Shown here: in pieces, positions 37,445 through 50,134 of the stretch | Numbering within the stretch: the first letter of the stretch is position 1 | Layout: each line of letters opens with the position of its first letter | Origin: Squalus acanthias | Taxonomy: Eukaryota | Assembly (NCBI GenBank): GCA_030390025.1 | Contig: CM059449.1 | Span: forward strand, 34,658,001-34,722,000 | DNA length: 64,000 bases | Direction: 5' to 3' | The notes under the pieces: generated by a model | Told to the model about the DNA's origin: nothing | Seen by the model: only the letters and a program-made list of their open reading frames with translations | Database searches by the model: none | Made by a program: the position numbers and the translations under genes

Positions 37445-37711
37445 TTTCCCCTGAGGTCTCAGTTATTGCCAGGGCTGGTGATCGTTGGTTTCTCCACTGC
37501 ATTGTGACTGGATTTTTCCCGCAGTCCATCAGCGTGACCTGGTTGAAGAATGGAGAACATGCCCCTGAGACCAAATCTACTGGGTTATTACACAATGAAG
37601 ATGGGACGTATCAACTAACAACAACCCTTGAATTTGATCCGTATGATGGGAAACAATACTCCTGTCTTATTGAGCACAGCAGCTTGCCGGGTGGGAAGAC
37701 AGTCTCCTGGG
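37445..37711 (+). CDS. MHC class I heavy chain, exon 4 (alpha3 IgC1 domain)
   Basis: catgtag| ... |gtaagg, 267 nt; VSPEVSV...LHCIVTGFFPQSISVTWLKNG...NEDGTYQL...YSCLIEHSSL...VSW (C1-set C, W, YxCxxEH). Confidence 0.95.
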
Positions 37712-39265
37712 GTAAGGACATGAACAGCGATACTGAACAATCCATCAATAATAGCAACACTCACCCATACAGAGATAGAGAGTAGAAAGAGATCAATGAA
37801 ATGAATTACTGAACCAAATTGCACATTACCCCCCTGCTTTTCTATTCTATTTCTCTAGAAATGAACCGGATATTCTGTCTCCCAGTGATGTTTATTTGTT
37901 ACTATTGGGTCGTCTGTGCTTTTGCTGATGGACAAGAACAGGAAAACTGGAATCTTCCACTCCCACTAACTGTCTTTTCTTGTCCGTCACTTTTCTCTGT
38001 CTTGTTCTTTCTCTCTATTACATTATACATCAGACAACACGTTTATTATCTCTGTACTTCAGCTTGTCTGTGACTGTTAATCATTCTTGCTCTCATTTAG
38101 TCCATTTCTGTTATCTTCTGACTCTTCCATAATATGCACCTACCCCTCAGTGTGTGCTTCTCACACAGTTGCTTTCTCTATATATCTTTCCCATTGCTTC
38201 TTACTGTCTATCTCCACCACATACCCACACACACCACACGGTCTCAGAGTTAGACAAACAAATTAATCGCTGTTGACAGTCTATCTGGGTTAGAGAATGG
38301 ATTAATCTACATTCACCACCCACTCTCAGATATCAGACTCTTTATTTGCCCGACTTGCTGTTCCTTCACTCTTTGTTTCTGTTTTCTCATTGTTGTTCCC
38401 TTTCACTGTGGTGATGGTGCTGCTCGGTTTCTGAGCTGAACTTTTGCTCTGTGCTGAGCTATTACCCTCTCAGCCTCCGTGTGTTTTTGCTTCTCTTGTC
38501 TCTTTGCTCTTTTGGGGATGAGAGGACGGGTCACTTTGGGATATTAGAGGAGTGGGGAAGTGTTGTGAGGAAAGGTCATTAAAATGTAGTGCAGTGGGGG
38601 GAGGGGGGATAAAATAATGCGGCCTGGCGACAAGGGTGAGTCTGAGGCTGGGCTTCTGAGGCGGGGAAGGGCCGAAGTGCACTGGGAGCTGCAGGCAGGG
38701 AAGGTGAGGGGCGGTGGGCTTTGCCCAGAAAGCAAGAATCTGCAGCAAGAATGATGGTTGGGACAGCTGGAAGGGGGACCCCTGGAAATCAGCATATAAA
38801 TTGCTTTTGTTGATTAACAGGGTCACCAAATCTCTCCAGGGGAACCTCCTGCTATTGGTTTAGACACAGCGGCGTAGATTTTCAACCTGCCGCCCGGGTG
38901 TAAAACCGGAGTTGCCTCCAATGGGAATAAAAAGCGGGCAGTTTGTGTGACAACCGGTGATCCACAGGGGCAGGTTCACACCAGAGCGGCGCAGTGAACA
39001 TCTACCAAAAATTGTTTAATAGATAACGGTGCTGCTCATTCAGGTCTCTCCATGGAAAGGTGCCTCCCTGAGGGGAACAGGTAGGATGATCCTTCTGATC
39101 TGGAAATGTAATTCTGATCGGTTACTGCGCCGATCCTCTGCTGAGGGCAATTTCCAGATGTTGTGGCCCAACCTGTGCAGGTCGCAGTTGTTTATGACAA
39201 TCCCTTCAATTAGACAATCGGATCACTAAAGGTCAGTTTTATAAGCTGCATATACACAGCTTCAT

Positions 39266-39667
39266 NNNNNNNNNNNNNNNNNNNNNNNNNNNNNNNNNNN
39301 NNNNNNNNNNNNNNNNNNNNNNNNNNNNNNNNNNNNNNNNNNNNNNNNNNNNNNNNNNNNNNNNNNNNNNNNNNNNNNNNNNNNNNNNNNNNNNNNNNNN
39401 NNNNNNNNNNNNNNNNNNNNNNNNNNNNNNNNNNNNNNNNNNNNNNNNNNNNNNNNNATCTCTNNNNNNNNNNNNNNNNNNNNNNNNNNNNNNNNNNNNN
39501 NNNNNNNNNNNNNNNNNNNNNNNNNNNNNNNNNNNNNNNNNNNNNNNNNNNNNNNNNNNNNNNNNNNNNNNNNNNNNNNNNNNNNNNNNNNNNNNNNNNN
39601 NNNNNNNNNNNNNNNNNNNNNNNNNNNNNNNNNNNNNNNNNNNNNNNNNNNNNNNNNNNNNNNNNNN
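39266..39667. repeat. N-masked (TC)-rich simple repeat
   Basis: N runs 39266-39457 and 39464-39667 separated by atctct and followed by gtctctctatctgtctctc. Confidence 0.6.
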
Positions 39668-40672
39668 GTCTCTCTATCTGTCTCTCTCACTGTCACTCTC
39701 TCTCTCTCCTACTTTTTGTCTCTCTGTCGCTCTATCTGGATTTCTATCTGTCTATTTTGGAAATGCTGAGTGTGGTCAAGATTCCAAAGCTGCTTCCCCA
39801 ATCTAATATTACATTAGGTGACAGATTGAAAATGATAAGGTGCCGCCTATTGTTAAACGATACCACAAAGCTGAACTTGCAGTATATTGAGAATGAACGT
39901 TAAAAAAAATTGAGTCTGTATGCAGTTACAGACTCTGACCACTGAGTGTCACTGTGGGGCATTCTGGGTTTTGGAGACTGCAGCCATGTTGCTGCAGATA
40001 AGTAAAAGCAGATAAACATTTTGCTCCGTGAATTAAATGTAAACTTTGCACCTTGAGCCGCCTTCCATCACACGGACATGTGGGGACGGTCAGAAGCTCG
40101 ATCCACACCCCTGGGAGCTGGCATAGTGGCATAATCTATTCAACTGCCATTCCTTACCCCTCATATTGCTCCTTTCACCAGGCCCGCAGACACAGGCCTC
40201 TGCCGCTTTCCTACCTGGCTCCCCTCAGTCAGCGATCCATGGGGGGTTGGGGAGGAGGGGACAGCTAGCTTACCCCCTGCCTCGCTGGGCACCACGACCA
40301 CAACCCTTTTACATTAGCCTCCCAGCAGCACATTCTTATCGCTGGCCCAGCCACGATCAGTCCACAGACCATGCTTCACTCTTCACAGCCACTGCTTCTT
40401 CCCCCACCAACCCCCAGTCACCTTTACAGCCTGACCACCTCTCGTTGACCAGAACCTGTGGTTATTCACAAAAGTGAACTTTGTGGTTTTAAAGAGACCT
40501 AGCTCCACCTTAGTGAAATAATTCATTGTGCACTATATGGTGTGGGGATACTGTCCATAGAAAGTAGCACATCATCCTAATTACCATGAGCAGGGCCATA
40601 GGTTTCCACAGATTGTATATAAAACTGTCAATCCGCACATATAATTATACAACCCTTGCTAATCTTTTTCAG

Positions 40673-40780
40673 AAGGAAAAGTAGAGAAAGACAAGCATGT
40701 GGGGCTGATTGTCGTGTGTGTACTGGTATCGCTGGCTAATGTTATCGTGTTAATCTATATTTGGAGGAGAAAATGGAGAG
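40673..40780 (+). CDS. MHC class I heavy chain, exon 5 (connecting peptide + transmembrane)
   Basis: ctttttcag| ... |gtaagg, 108 nt, phase 1/1; EGKVEKDKHVGLIVVCVLVSLANVIVLIYIWRRKWR (hydrophobic run then basic stop-transfer). Confidence 0.85.
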
Positions 40781-40899
40781 GTAAGGCGAGTGAATAATGT
40801 TACACTCTTGTTTGTAAAATTATTACACAGCGGCTTTGCAGAACATCATTTGTCCTGCCCCAGAATTATATTTGAATTTAAAATATCTGTTATAAAGAA

Positions 40900-41312
40900 A
40901 AAAAGAAAAAAATGCGTTTATATCGTGCACCTTTCACGACCTCAGGACGTCCCAAAGCGCTTTACAGTCAATGAAGTACTTTCTTTTTAAGTGCAGTCAC
41001 TGTTGCAATGTAGGAAACGCAGCAGCCAATTTGCGCACAGCAAGTTCCCACAAAGAACGGTGTGATAATGATCAGATAACCTGTTTTTAATGTTGTTGAA
41101 TGCGGGATAAATATTGGCCAGGAAACCGGAGTGATCTTCTCTGCTCTTCTTGGATATAGTGCCATGGGATCTTTTACGTCCAGTTGAGAGGCACACGGGG
41201 CATCGATTTAATGACTCCTCCGAAAGACGCCACCCTCGACAGTGTGGCACTCCTTAGTACTTCACTGGAGTGTCAGTCTAGATTTTTGTGCTCAAGTCTC
41301 TGGAGTGGGATT
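40900..41312 (-). mobile_element. SacSINE1/DeuSINE-like SINE, near full length
   Basis: Tail, central domain (gccatgggatcttttacgtcca..tgagagg, tttaatgactcctccgaaagac) and head region (ctcaagtctctggagtggga). Confidence 0.75.
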
Positions 41313-42752
41313 AAAATGGTTCATTTATTAACTTGTGTAAGAACAACTGGAATTTTATCGAGGGAAAGTTTACTAATGGAATTCTATATTTAATCACAGG
41401 AGGTATAGAACCTAACAGCCAATTAATAACTATGAGCCTCTATAAAACCTTAGTAAGACCTGAGTTAGAGCAATGTGTGCAGTATTGAATTTCACGCAAT
41501 ATGGGGGATCTTTAGCTTTCGAGAAGCTACAAGGTGGATTCACTAAGATGCTGCCCGAAAGAAGGAAACACAAATGCAGAGAAAGACTTGGAAAATGCGC
41601 ATTTTTATTCAACAATGCATATTACGGGTGATATAATAGAAGTGTTTAAAATGATGAAAGAATAACTCAGGGTAGATAGAAGCAGACTGTGTCCATTAGT
41701 TGAGGATCAAGCTGGAGGATTTATAGATACCAGGTTAAATTTTAGAGATTTAGAACAGAGGGTAGGTGACGATTCTTTTCACAGAGGGTTGTAAGGCTGC
41801 GGAATCCGCTTCCAGTGATAGAGGTTTAATAACCTTCCTGATTTTGCATTAGAACATTTACCTTCTCTTCGAATAAGCCACATTCACACTGCAGCCTTTG
41901 GATCCCTAAGGACTGGTTTGGCTTAACGCCGGATGTTTTCGTGGAATTCCAGACTCAGGACCCCACCTGACTACCAGGTGAAGTACAGTGAGACTGCCTC
42001 CTTCAGAATATTCCTTCAAACCAAATCTAAGGTGGAGATGTAAATGGTTTCCGAGTGGCAATGAGGTAAAAGATGGAAATATAATCAGAAGGTTACAAAG
42101 TGGACTAGAACTCCCAGGTTTTAAACACCTTCCGACAGATTTGAGTTCCCAGAGTGCATCATTAGGGCAAATATTGCCCGTGTCTACTGCGGTCATGGCA
42201 CCTTCATAGGGGCAAGACAGGGAGGAGAGTCATTGGGAGTCATTTTCAGATTTGGAGATAATGTAAAACAGGCGTTATCTGATCAGCCGTCCGTTCAGAC
42301 TTCACGGAAAGTACAACTTGGGAGGTGTATAACAGATACCCGATCCGATATCCTGTTCACATGAACGCCAACAAATACAATGACACCCATGGGGGTATAA
42401 ATTTGCCGTGGGTGGTAGTTTAAATTGGGCGATACTGACTCTGCAGCCCGGCAGTACAAGCAAGTCTCTTCGGTTCCATCCCCTGTGGAACTGATTGGAG
42501 CCTTCACAACGTCAGCGGGAGGATAAGGCTACCGGCCCCATTTGGAGGCCATTTACTCCGTTTACTCCGGGCGAGGGCTGTGAGAATTGACCGCCCTTTA
42601 GGCCCGCTGCTCCTGTGCACCAAACTAACTGCCACTGAGCTACATGTAAGGGGAAGAACCATGAAAAGTTAATGAACAAGTCAGTGCATTCTCTGTACTG
42701 TGCTCTGCACCATCATCTCTGGATTTTCTAACATTTGTGTTTCACTCCCTAG

Positions 42753-42829
42753 ATTACAATGTTGTTTCAACAGAACCTGAAAGTTTCCATCGTGAGATTT
42801 GCATTGGATCCAAGAAGACGCAGGAATAA
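42753..42829 (+). CDS. MHC class I heavy chain, exon 6 (cytoplasmic tail, terminal)
   Basis: Pyrimidine tract ttcactccctag|; phase-1 frame DYNVVSTEPESFHREICIGSKKTQE*; AATAAA 184 nt after the stop. An internal gtgaga at 42792 could be an alternative donor. Confidence 0.65.
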
Positions 42830-43012
42830 TCATCGTGGATCAATTGCTTTATTACTGAAACAACTCTATTGGCATCAACATTTCACCCCTGATTAATGTT
42901 TCAGTCACTTTATTAGAATATTACTAACTTGCTTAACATTGAAGGAACTTTGTCAAATCTCATCTACAATTGCACAAGCTGGCGCTTTAGATATTACATA
43001 ACAGCGGTGCGG

Positions 43013-43018
43013 AATAAA
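43013..43018 (+). terminator. Polyadenylation signal of the MHC class I gene
   Basis: First AATAAA downstream of the stop, with T/GT-rich sequence further downstream. Confidence 0.5.
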
Positions 43019-43329
43019 GGCACGCCAGGGATTTTAAAAATAAGTTTTGTTACTATTAATACATTCCTAATAAGCACAAAGTTGATTTCATTTTCAATGT
43101 TCTACCCTCATCTCCTGAAAGCTTGGCTCCGACATTGACCTCAGGTAAACAGTCTCCACTTGTGAGCAGAAACAGTGACTGTGGAAACACTGTTCAATTA
43201 CTGGAAACACAGCCGAGCCCAATCCTGTCCACACACTCACATTTCACCAGCAGCATCGCCAACACAGTGGTCCGGAGCAAATTCCGAGGCCTCTTCTCCT
43301 CTGTAACTGAAGGGAGCGAGGCCAATATA

Positions 43330-44074
43330 ATAGCCTGGCTGTTCTGTCGCCTATGACTGCGTACGTGGTGTGTACGTGGCCGTTCGTGCCTCGCAAGTTC
43401 CAGGTTTACACATGGGCTGCGCATGCGTGAAAATCCTGAACTTGCGAACTGTCAAGATTCATGCGCAGGAAATGCACATTCGTGGGCGGAGAGTTGGCTA
43501 TTTGCCCAAATCTTGCTCAGCGAATGCCCATGAAACTCTTATGACTGGTAAAAGCAGGCGCACGGTCTTCTTTTACCAGCATAAGGGTGAAAATAAATAT
43601 TACACATTTTTTTTTGGAATCGTTTTAACATTCCAAAACCTGTAAAATAAGTTTGTGTTATTTTTGGTTCCTTAGAACTGTTTCAATTTATATTTCAAAA
43701 AATTACATTTTTGTTTTAAATTGAAATTGTTTAATGAAATTGTATTTTAATTAATTTTAAACGTGTAACGATTTTTTTTTCAAGGTTGTGTACATGTGAT
43801 TTTCGGTGATTCCTACCAAACTTATCGGGAATCTGTACGTAAATAGAATCTCCATAAGCATAATGGGAATCCCTTTTCGGATTGGTTGGGCTGGCCTACG
43901 TGAACCCAGGGACGCCTGTGAACCGATTGCGCCCCTGCGATACGTGGTCCTCCAGGCAGGCGTACGGGTAGAGGCCCAGGAGCGCGAGTCTCCGTGGTTC
44001 CAGGTAGCTGCGTAGCTTAATTGCTGTTCGGAGGCATCCGCCTGCGGGAAGCCTCCTACCGCAAGTTCAGGCCC
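43330..44074 (-). mobile_element. MITE (same superfamily as 15229-15991), diverged
   Basis: Shared internal motifs (ggtaaaagcaggc, gcgcccctg, gaggcccagga, ggaagcctcctaccg...aggccc end). Confidence 0.65.
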
Positions 44075-44585
44075 GGGATCTCTGCTGCTAACCCTGTGTT
44101 TACAATGGGAATGAGTATAAGAAGGTTTCGATCACCGGTGGACAATCTGCAAACCCGTTTCAGGCTCCAGCGGCATGTTGAAAGTTAAAATGTCACATAA
44201 CTACAAATAGATTTAGGGAATATTTTAAGCGAACTTTCTACGCCGGAGTGGAGTAAAACGGGGAGAATTGGATCGCCTGTTGTTTATAAACGCCGCCCGA
44301 ATCTCCTTCCATTGACCTCGCTCCCGCCAGAGGGGAAAGTTCCACCGACCGGGGGTGAAATTCACTTTCAGGCGCGGCGCAAAACAGGCGGGAGCAGGTC
44401 GGGCGCTCATTACACCCCCCCCCCCACCCCCACTCCGACTTTCCTCTCCATTAAACTCTACCGAAAGTAACATCGTGTTGGGCGAATAAAAGGCGGCTGA
44501 TCGTCTGCTGCCCGTGTTGCTGAATTAAGATGGAAGCGAGTCTCAATTCTCTGTAGTCAGTTCTGGTTAGACTCAGACCTTTCAA

Positions 44586-45475
44586 TTATTTCCTTAACTT
44601 AGTAATTAGAGACAGGGGATATTGAATCAGAATCTTTAACTCCTCTCTGAATTTAGTCTGGGACACTGCATAAATAATGGTATTTGTGCAGGAACTCAAA
44701 TGTTGCAGCATATATCCAGTTTGTTCCATGATGGTGAAAGGATTACTGTAATCTGTGTGCAAATATTGAATTTCTGTAATTTGTGCACAGATATAATGAA
44801 TAAAAGTTACCGTCCATAACATTATAAAAGTGCCAGATATGACAAGCAGTAAAACGATGGATTTCCTGCGGTTGTCCATTTCTGGGTCACTGTCGCTGCT
44901 TCGGAGACCCCTCCTGATTCTACTTGTCAGAAGAATGTGCCGGATGGTGAGACCATTGAATATCAGAATCAAAAGAAACGGAATAAAAGGCATTAAAACT
45001 ATGTCAAGCCATATGAATGTAACCCATATAGGTACAGTATAGGAGCTTGATTTCACATCACAGAACCACGGTAAATTGTCAATTATTACGCGAGGTTCTA
45101 AAGTAAAGTAAATGGGGATGTTTTCCAAAATGCTCAGCCCCGATATGGTTGCTACAACCACCGCCGCAGTTTTTTCGTTGCAATATTGAGTCCTTATTTT
45201 CTGGCAACAGATGGCGACAAATCGATCAAAGGTGAAAGCGACAGTTAACCAGACAGAACATTCAATAGAAGCAAAAATCAGGAACAAATTCATACTGCAG
45301 ACCGGAGTGTAGTCCAGGAATGAATCCGGGAAATAAATTTCATTCATCTCATACAGGACCACATCAAATATCAGGACCAGTAGATCTGCCGCTGCCATGG
45401 CCACCAGATAAATAGTGATGCATTTCGAGAGGCCGCACTTTCCCCGGGAGAGAATCACAATGGCCACCAAGTTTG
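44586..45475 (-). CDS. GPR139/GPR142-like class A GPCR, copy 2, coding exon 2 (intact, TM1 end to C-terminus)
   Basis: Acceptor tttgcag| at 45476; open 7TM frame with AMAAADL, C3.25 (PVCSM), FDRF, ECL2 WFC, PFIPF, LW, SSCTNTIIY and helix 8 FREEL; exon 1 not found. Confidence 0.92.
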
Positions 45476-48289
45476 CTGCAAATAGGGTCGTGGGGGGAGT
45501 GAGGTGAGGGTTGGCGGTTGGTTGGGTGGGGGTTGGAGGGTGAGGGGGGGGGGGGTGGTGTGAAAGAAATCAGGATTATAGACATCAATAGAAATTCGAA
45601 CAACAAAGTCGTGTGATAATTTATGCTGATTTACAAATCACTCAAATCATTCACTGTCTGTGCCACGTTAAAGTGGAAATCCTGAGGACACATAACTATG
45701 TATCCATCCACGTCACATCATTTATTGCCTGAGTTACCTCAAAGGAAAACTATAACTTGTGAAATTGGGTAACTTCTAGAGTTTAATTCAATGATTTTGC
45801 ATTAAACTGTGCAGACAACTTTAGACATAAATCAGTGAACACACATAGTTTATTACACGAAACGTACAGATTCGATGGTTTATTTACAGATTACATCAAT
45901 GATACTGTAAACCAGACATTGAGACGCTTTTTGCCTTTGCCGCCAATAACTTTCTTTATTTTGATTTGGACGTGTAATCGTGTAATAATGTTAATCACCA
46001 CTTAACATTCAATCCTGTTTGAAGAGGAAAGTTATACTGAAATTTTAGATTTACATATTTAATGCTGGGGGTGAAGATATGGGACAGATTGCCAAAGGAG
46101 GTAATAGCGTTTGGTTCTGTGGATAAATGTTCAAACTTGGAGCAATATAAGTGGGATAGGCAATTGATGACCATTTGTTTCTTGAGGGATGCCAGATGGA
46201 CTGCATAGGGCTCAGTATTCAGGCCTACCACCCAGCTGAAATAAGACAGTAAGAACCCCTAAAATGATGGGGAATGACCCACCGGCTCATTACTGCTGTC
46301 ACTGTGGCCGCGGCAATGTTGCCCTGGGCCAACGCTGGACGGCCAGAGTGGTCACTGAGTCAGGCGGTAGCCACATTTAGAATGAACATTGGGGCCCTGT
46401 GATGTACATAAGACCTGATTGCCATTTTTGGAGAGAACCAGTCCGAGAATTGGACGTGCTCCTTCCACCAGTTATAGCAGTGTTGGAGCGGACGAGGTCC
46501 CGGAAAGGTACGTTTCACATTGTGGAGAAAGTGCGCTCCTCTAGGTGCAAGAAATGTACTGCCGGCCGGCAATGGCCCTCCTCGGCCTCGCCTCCTCAAA
46601 CACTTCACAGGACCTGCTGACAGCGGCTAATGGTGTCGAAGCCACGCGACATTCCTAGGAGCCAAATCCAACGAACTGCGCCCCTTAGCAGCTGGTGTAA
46701 TTCCAAAAAGGCCCCGGCCTGTAAATCAAAGAGGTCATTTGACCGCCTCTATGCAGGAATTTGTGCCTTATATTGGAGATACCCATAAAAAGATATGTCC
46801 CCGCTCCCAGGGAACGCCGCAGGTGACTATGGGCAGTTACAGGCCTTGATTTAAACAGCCTGCTATTGGTAAAACTGTGTGAAAATTGTTTCTGAGTTAC
46901 TTTGGAAGATTGATTTGGACCGTGAGTTTAATGGAGACAATTGTTTTCCATCTCAGCTCCCACTGGAGTTTCCGGCTAGATATTGCATTCTCCGCGTGTA
47001 TCTCCCTGGGGTGAAGACCAGGAACCATCGGGAATAGAGGGTGGGTGCGGCTGCTCTGAAGACATCTATTTTCAGCTGTCGGTGGCAGGTCACCAGAAGA
47101 TACCGAACAAGTTGCCCCTTTCAGACTCCGACCCGGGGCAATGCGTTTAGAGCCTTCACATCCCTAAAAATACAATCCAAGTGGATTTTTGTATGTCCCC
47201 TGACTACCTCCACCTGACCTTCTAAACTCTCCCCACAGTTCCTGCAGCAGTGATAGGCATGATAGCGAGTATTTTTAATGGCTCTGAATCATTCCATGTC
47301 TTCATCGGCGACATTTATGATGTTTTACATCCAATTTCCAGCAGTTACAGCCGTGAAATAGATCCAGGTGTAGCAATTGGATCTTGTGGCGCCCATTTAA
47401 CGGGCTAAACACAAGTGCAGCATGGCCCAATCTCAGAAACTAACGACCTGCGCTCCAAGGATGTCGTTCCTGAAATTGGATCCGCTGTTTCTCAGGCCTC
47501 TTTTCTGCTAAAACAGGCGTGTGGTACCTTACATATGCTAATGAGTGCCCAACACCTGTTTGAGGACTATTCTGGGAAACTAGGCTGCCCTGAGTAGAGT
47601 GGGCGTTAGTTCTGCTTCACTTCGGTTTTATCGATGTGGATGCAGCCTAGTTGAAAGCCGCCATTGAGAATGTAAATTTATTTACAAGCAGAAAAAGAAG
47701 ATTTCCTTTTGCAGACCAACAAAAGTCGGATGTCAACGCCTGCTCCACAGTCTGAAACATAATGGTCCAGAATTTGCGGTCAGCGGCGAAGCAAAGGCAT
47801 TCAGCGCTGCCGCCGAAGAAAGCTGCCCACAAAGATCTCCCGATCTCTGAGGTGGGAAGTTTGGCGTCTTCGACGTTCAGTTGCGATCAGTGCAGTGTAG
47901 TGGGGAATTCATTGTGGGCTCTGCTGTGACGACATAGGCTAACAAAACAAATGACATTGAAAAGCGTGAATTCAATTAAAGGACTATTGACCAACAACAG
48001 AGATAGATCACTTCCGATTATTTAGGAAAAACTGATTCCCATTGTGGAAACTGTGAATGTTACACATAAAGTCTGTTCTACGGAAGAGCAAATCAATTAC
48101 GATCAATTGTGACGGAATTTTATTCTGAAAGAATAAAACACATAAGAAGAACAGGCATGAATAGACGGTCATGGCGGCATAACTCTGCCAGAGTCTGTTT
48201 CGTCTATTGGCAGAAGCAGAGCAAAATATGTGCTTTAAAAAAGTTGACTTTGTGATCTAATGCACCGTGTCCTGACAGGGAGTAATCCA

Positions 48290-50134
48290 ACGCTGCCAGC
48301 CATTGGCTTCATTTTCCACAGCAACACCTCAAGCAGTCCGCCCACGGATACTCTGCCCATTAAACACGCTCACTCGCCCTCCACACCTGTCTCCGAACCG
48401 GGACATGAGTCCGTCGGACCTCCATGGTGACTCCACCATATCAACAAGTCAATTTCATCCCACCACGGGTCCTCTGACTTTAACTTTGCACTCTCTCTTA
48501 TTGTCTCCTCCCTATTCTCCATTTACAGTGAGGACATTTCTATCATAACCTTTGCCAGGCCTGCGTAACCTGAATTTACTGGTGTCCATTTGCCTGAGTA
48601 TTTTGGTTGCTGCTCCGGCCCAGAGCCCATCATTTCTATCTCCCGTTTTTCTTTCTCTTCTCTCTATCTGTTGGACACTTCTCTCCTGTCTCCTCCTTTT
48701 CTTATTATCTAGTCATGCTTCCTTTCTTTTCTCCTCTTTCGGGTAATTTGTCCTTCAACCCGTAATCACTGCCCCCATCCCTCCCTATTCCTGGACCTTC
48801 CTACTCTCCTGCTGCTTCCCAGGCTTGACACCCTCTTAGATAAGCCGCAGGCCCATCGAAGCACTCGGTTCTGCCTCAACACAACCCCAACTCCCCCGTC
48901 CTTTTCTCTCTTCGATCCTCTCCCTGAGCATGTTGGCTGCTGGTTAATCTTCCCAACCTCCTTCCCGTCCCACTCACTCCTCGCAGCGCTCACCCTGTGG
49001 ACTCTGCCAGTGGATCAACTATCACCGCCCCTCTCCGCATCTCCCTACAGAATGTTCATTCACTGGAAAATAAGGCCCTTGATGTCCTTGACCTTATTGA
49101 GGATGATTACATTGATATCATGACCTTGATGGATACTTTGATCATAGTTGATGACATCTTCCCCCTTACTAAAACTTTCCATCCTGGCTATACCTTCCAA
49201 CACCTGTCTCGCCCAAACCGCTGTGTGTGGTGTGATCCTTTTCATTTACTGTCACCTTGATCTGTCCCCATACTCACCGTCTCCCCCTTTCAGCAGCTCA
49301 GCTTGGTCCAGCCCTATCGCCTCTTTTTTAAAGCCGCCTTCTCTACCTTCCACACAATCCCAGAATCACATTTCGATATCCTCATTGTTTACTTCCCTCA
49401 GCATGGGCACCGAGTGACTTCTCATCCTTGATGATTTCAAACTCCATCTCAACTCACCTTGCCCTCTCTCCCTGGAGCACACTGCACTCCTGTCCTCCCT
49501 TAACCACTACCTCCATTTAAACTCTCCCACGCATATTCACGGCCACCGCCTCGAACTTCTCACTTGACGAGGCCTCTCTCGTCTTGTCATCTCAATCACA
49601 GACAAGGCCGTCTCTGATCACTTCTTTGTATCCCTCACCACTCACACCCTCCTACTCACTTCCTTCTGTGTTCATCGCTGGAATAAACTGCCCCCAAAAT
49701 CACTTACAACCGCACTTTCAAACTTCCCACTTGCTAGCCCTTGCCGCTCCATTGATCACGATGCTTCTGCAGCTACCGATCAGCTCAGTCATACCCTTAT
49801 CATCACCTTTAATGTTCTTGTCCCAAGTAAAAGCCTTACTCTCTCCCGCCAAATCTGGGCTCTTGCGCATCCCCCGCTTCATTGGCTCCACCATTGGTGA
49901 CGGTGCCCTCAGCTATCGAGGCCCTAAGCTCTGGAATTTCCTCCATAAACCTCTCCACCTCTCTCTTGCCCTTTAAGACACTCCTTAAAACCTACCTCTT
50001 TGACCAAGCTTTTACTCACCCGCCCTAATATCCTGTTCTTTGACACAGTGTCAATTTTAGCTTGATTACGCTCCTGTGAAGCGCCTTGAGACGTTTCCCT
50101 ACGTTAGAGGCGCTGTATCAATCCAAGTTGTTGT
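48290..50134 (+). mobile_element. L2-clade LINE, internally deleted
   Basis: EN remnant LQNVHSLENK...IDIMTLMDT; C-rich body; tail ttaagacactccttaaaacctacctctttgacc...gtgaagcgccttgagacg...aggcgctgtatcaatccaagttgttg. Confidence 0.75.

Noticed and set aside
36898-37785. ORF-track starts and ends for the class I domains (36898..37242, 37504..37785, also 32017..32262 and 19388..19726)
   Set aside because: They run into introns; the true boundaries are the phase-1 AG/GT sites listed in features
39262-39696. 144-aa ORF and N runs as hidden genes or true assembly gaps
   Set aside because: ORF is an artefact of Ns; the runs are flanked by simple repeats and split by a 6-bp island, consistent with masked microsatellites (same for 18928-19276)
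42753-42770. ITIM in the class I tail
   Set aside because: Position Y-2 is Arg (RDYNVV), not I/V/L/S, so it only fits a YxxPhi sorting motif
27353-42829. Classical MHC class Ia (UAA) or class II assignment
   Set aside because: Three-ectodomain class I exon layout excludes class II; loss of the 84, 123, 143 and 159 anchor residues argues against class Ia; no gene symbol given because the lineage needs a phylogeny
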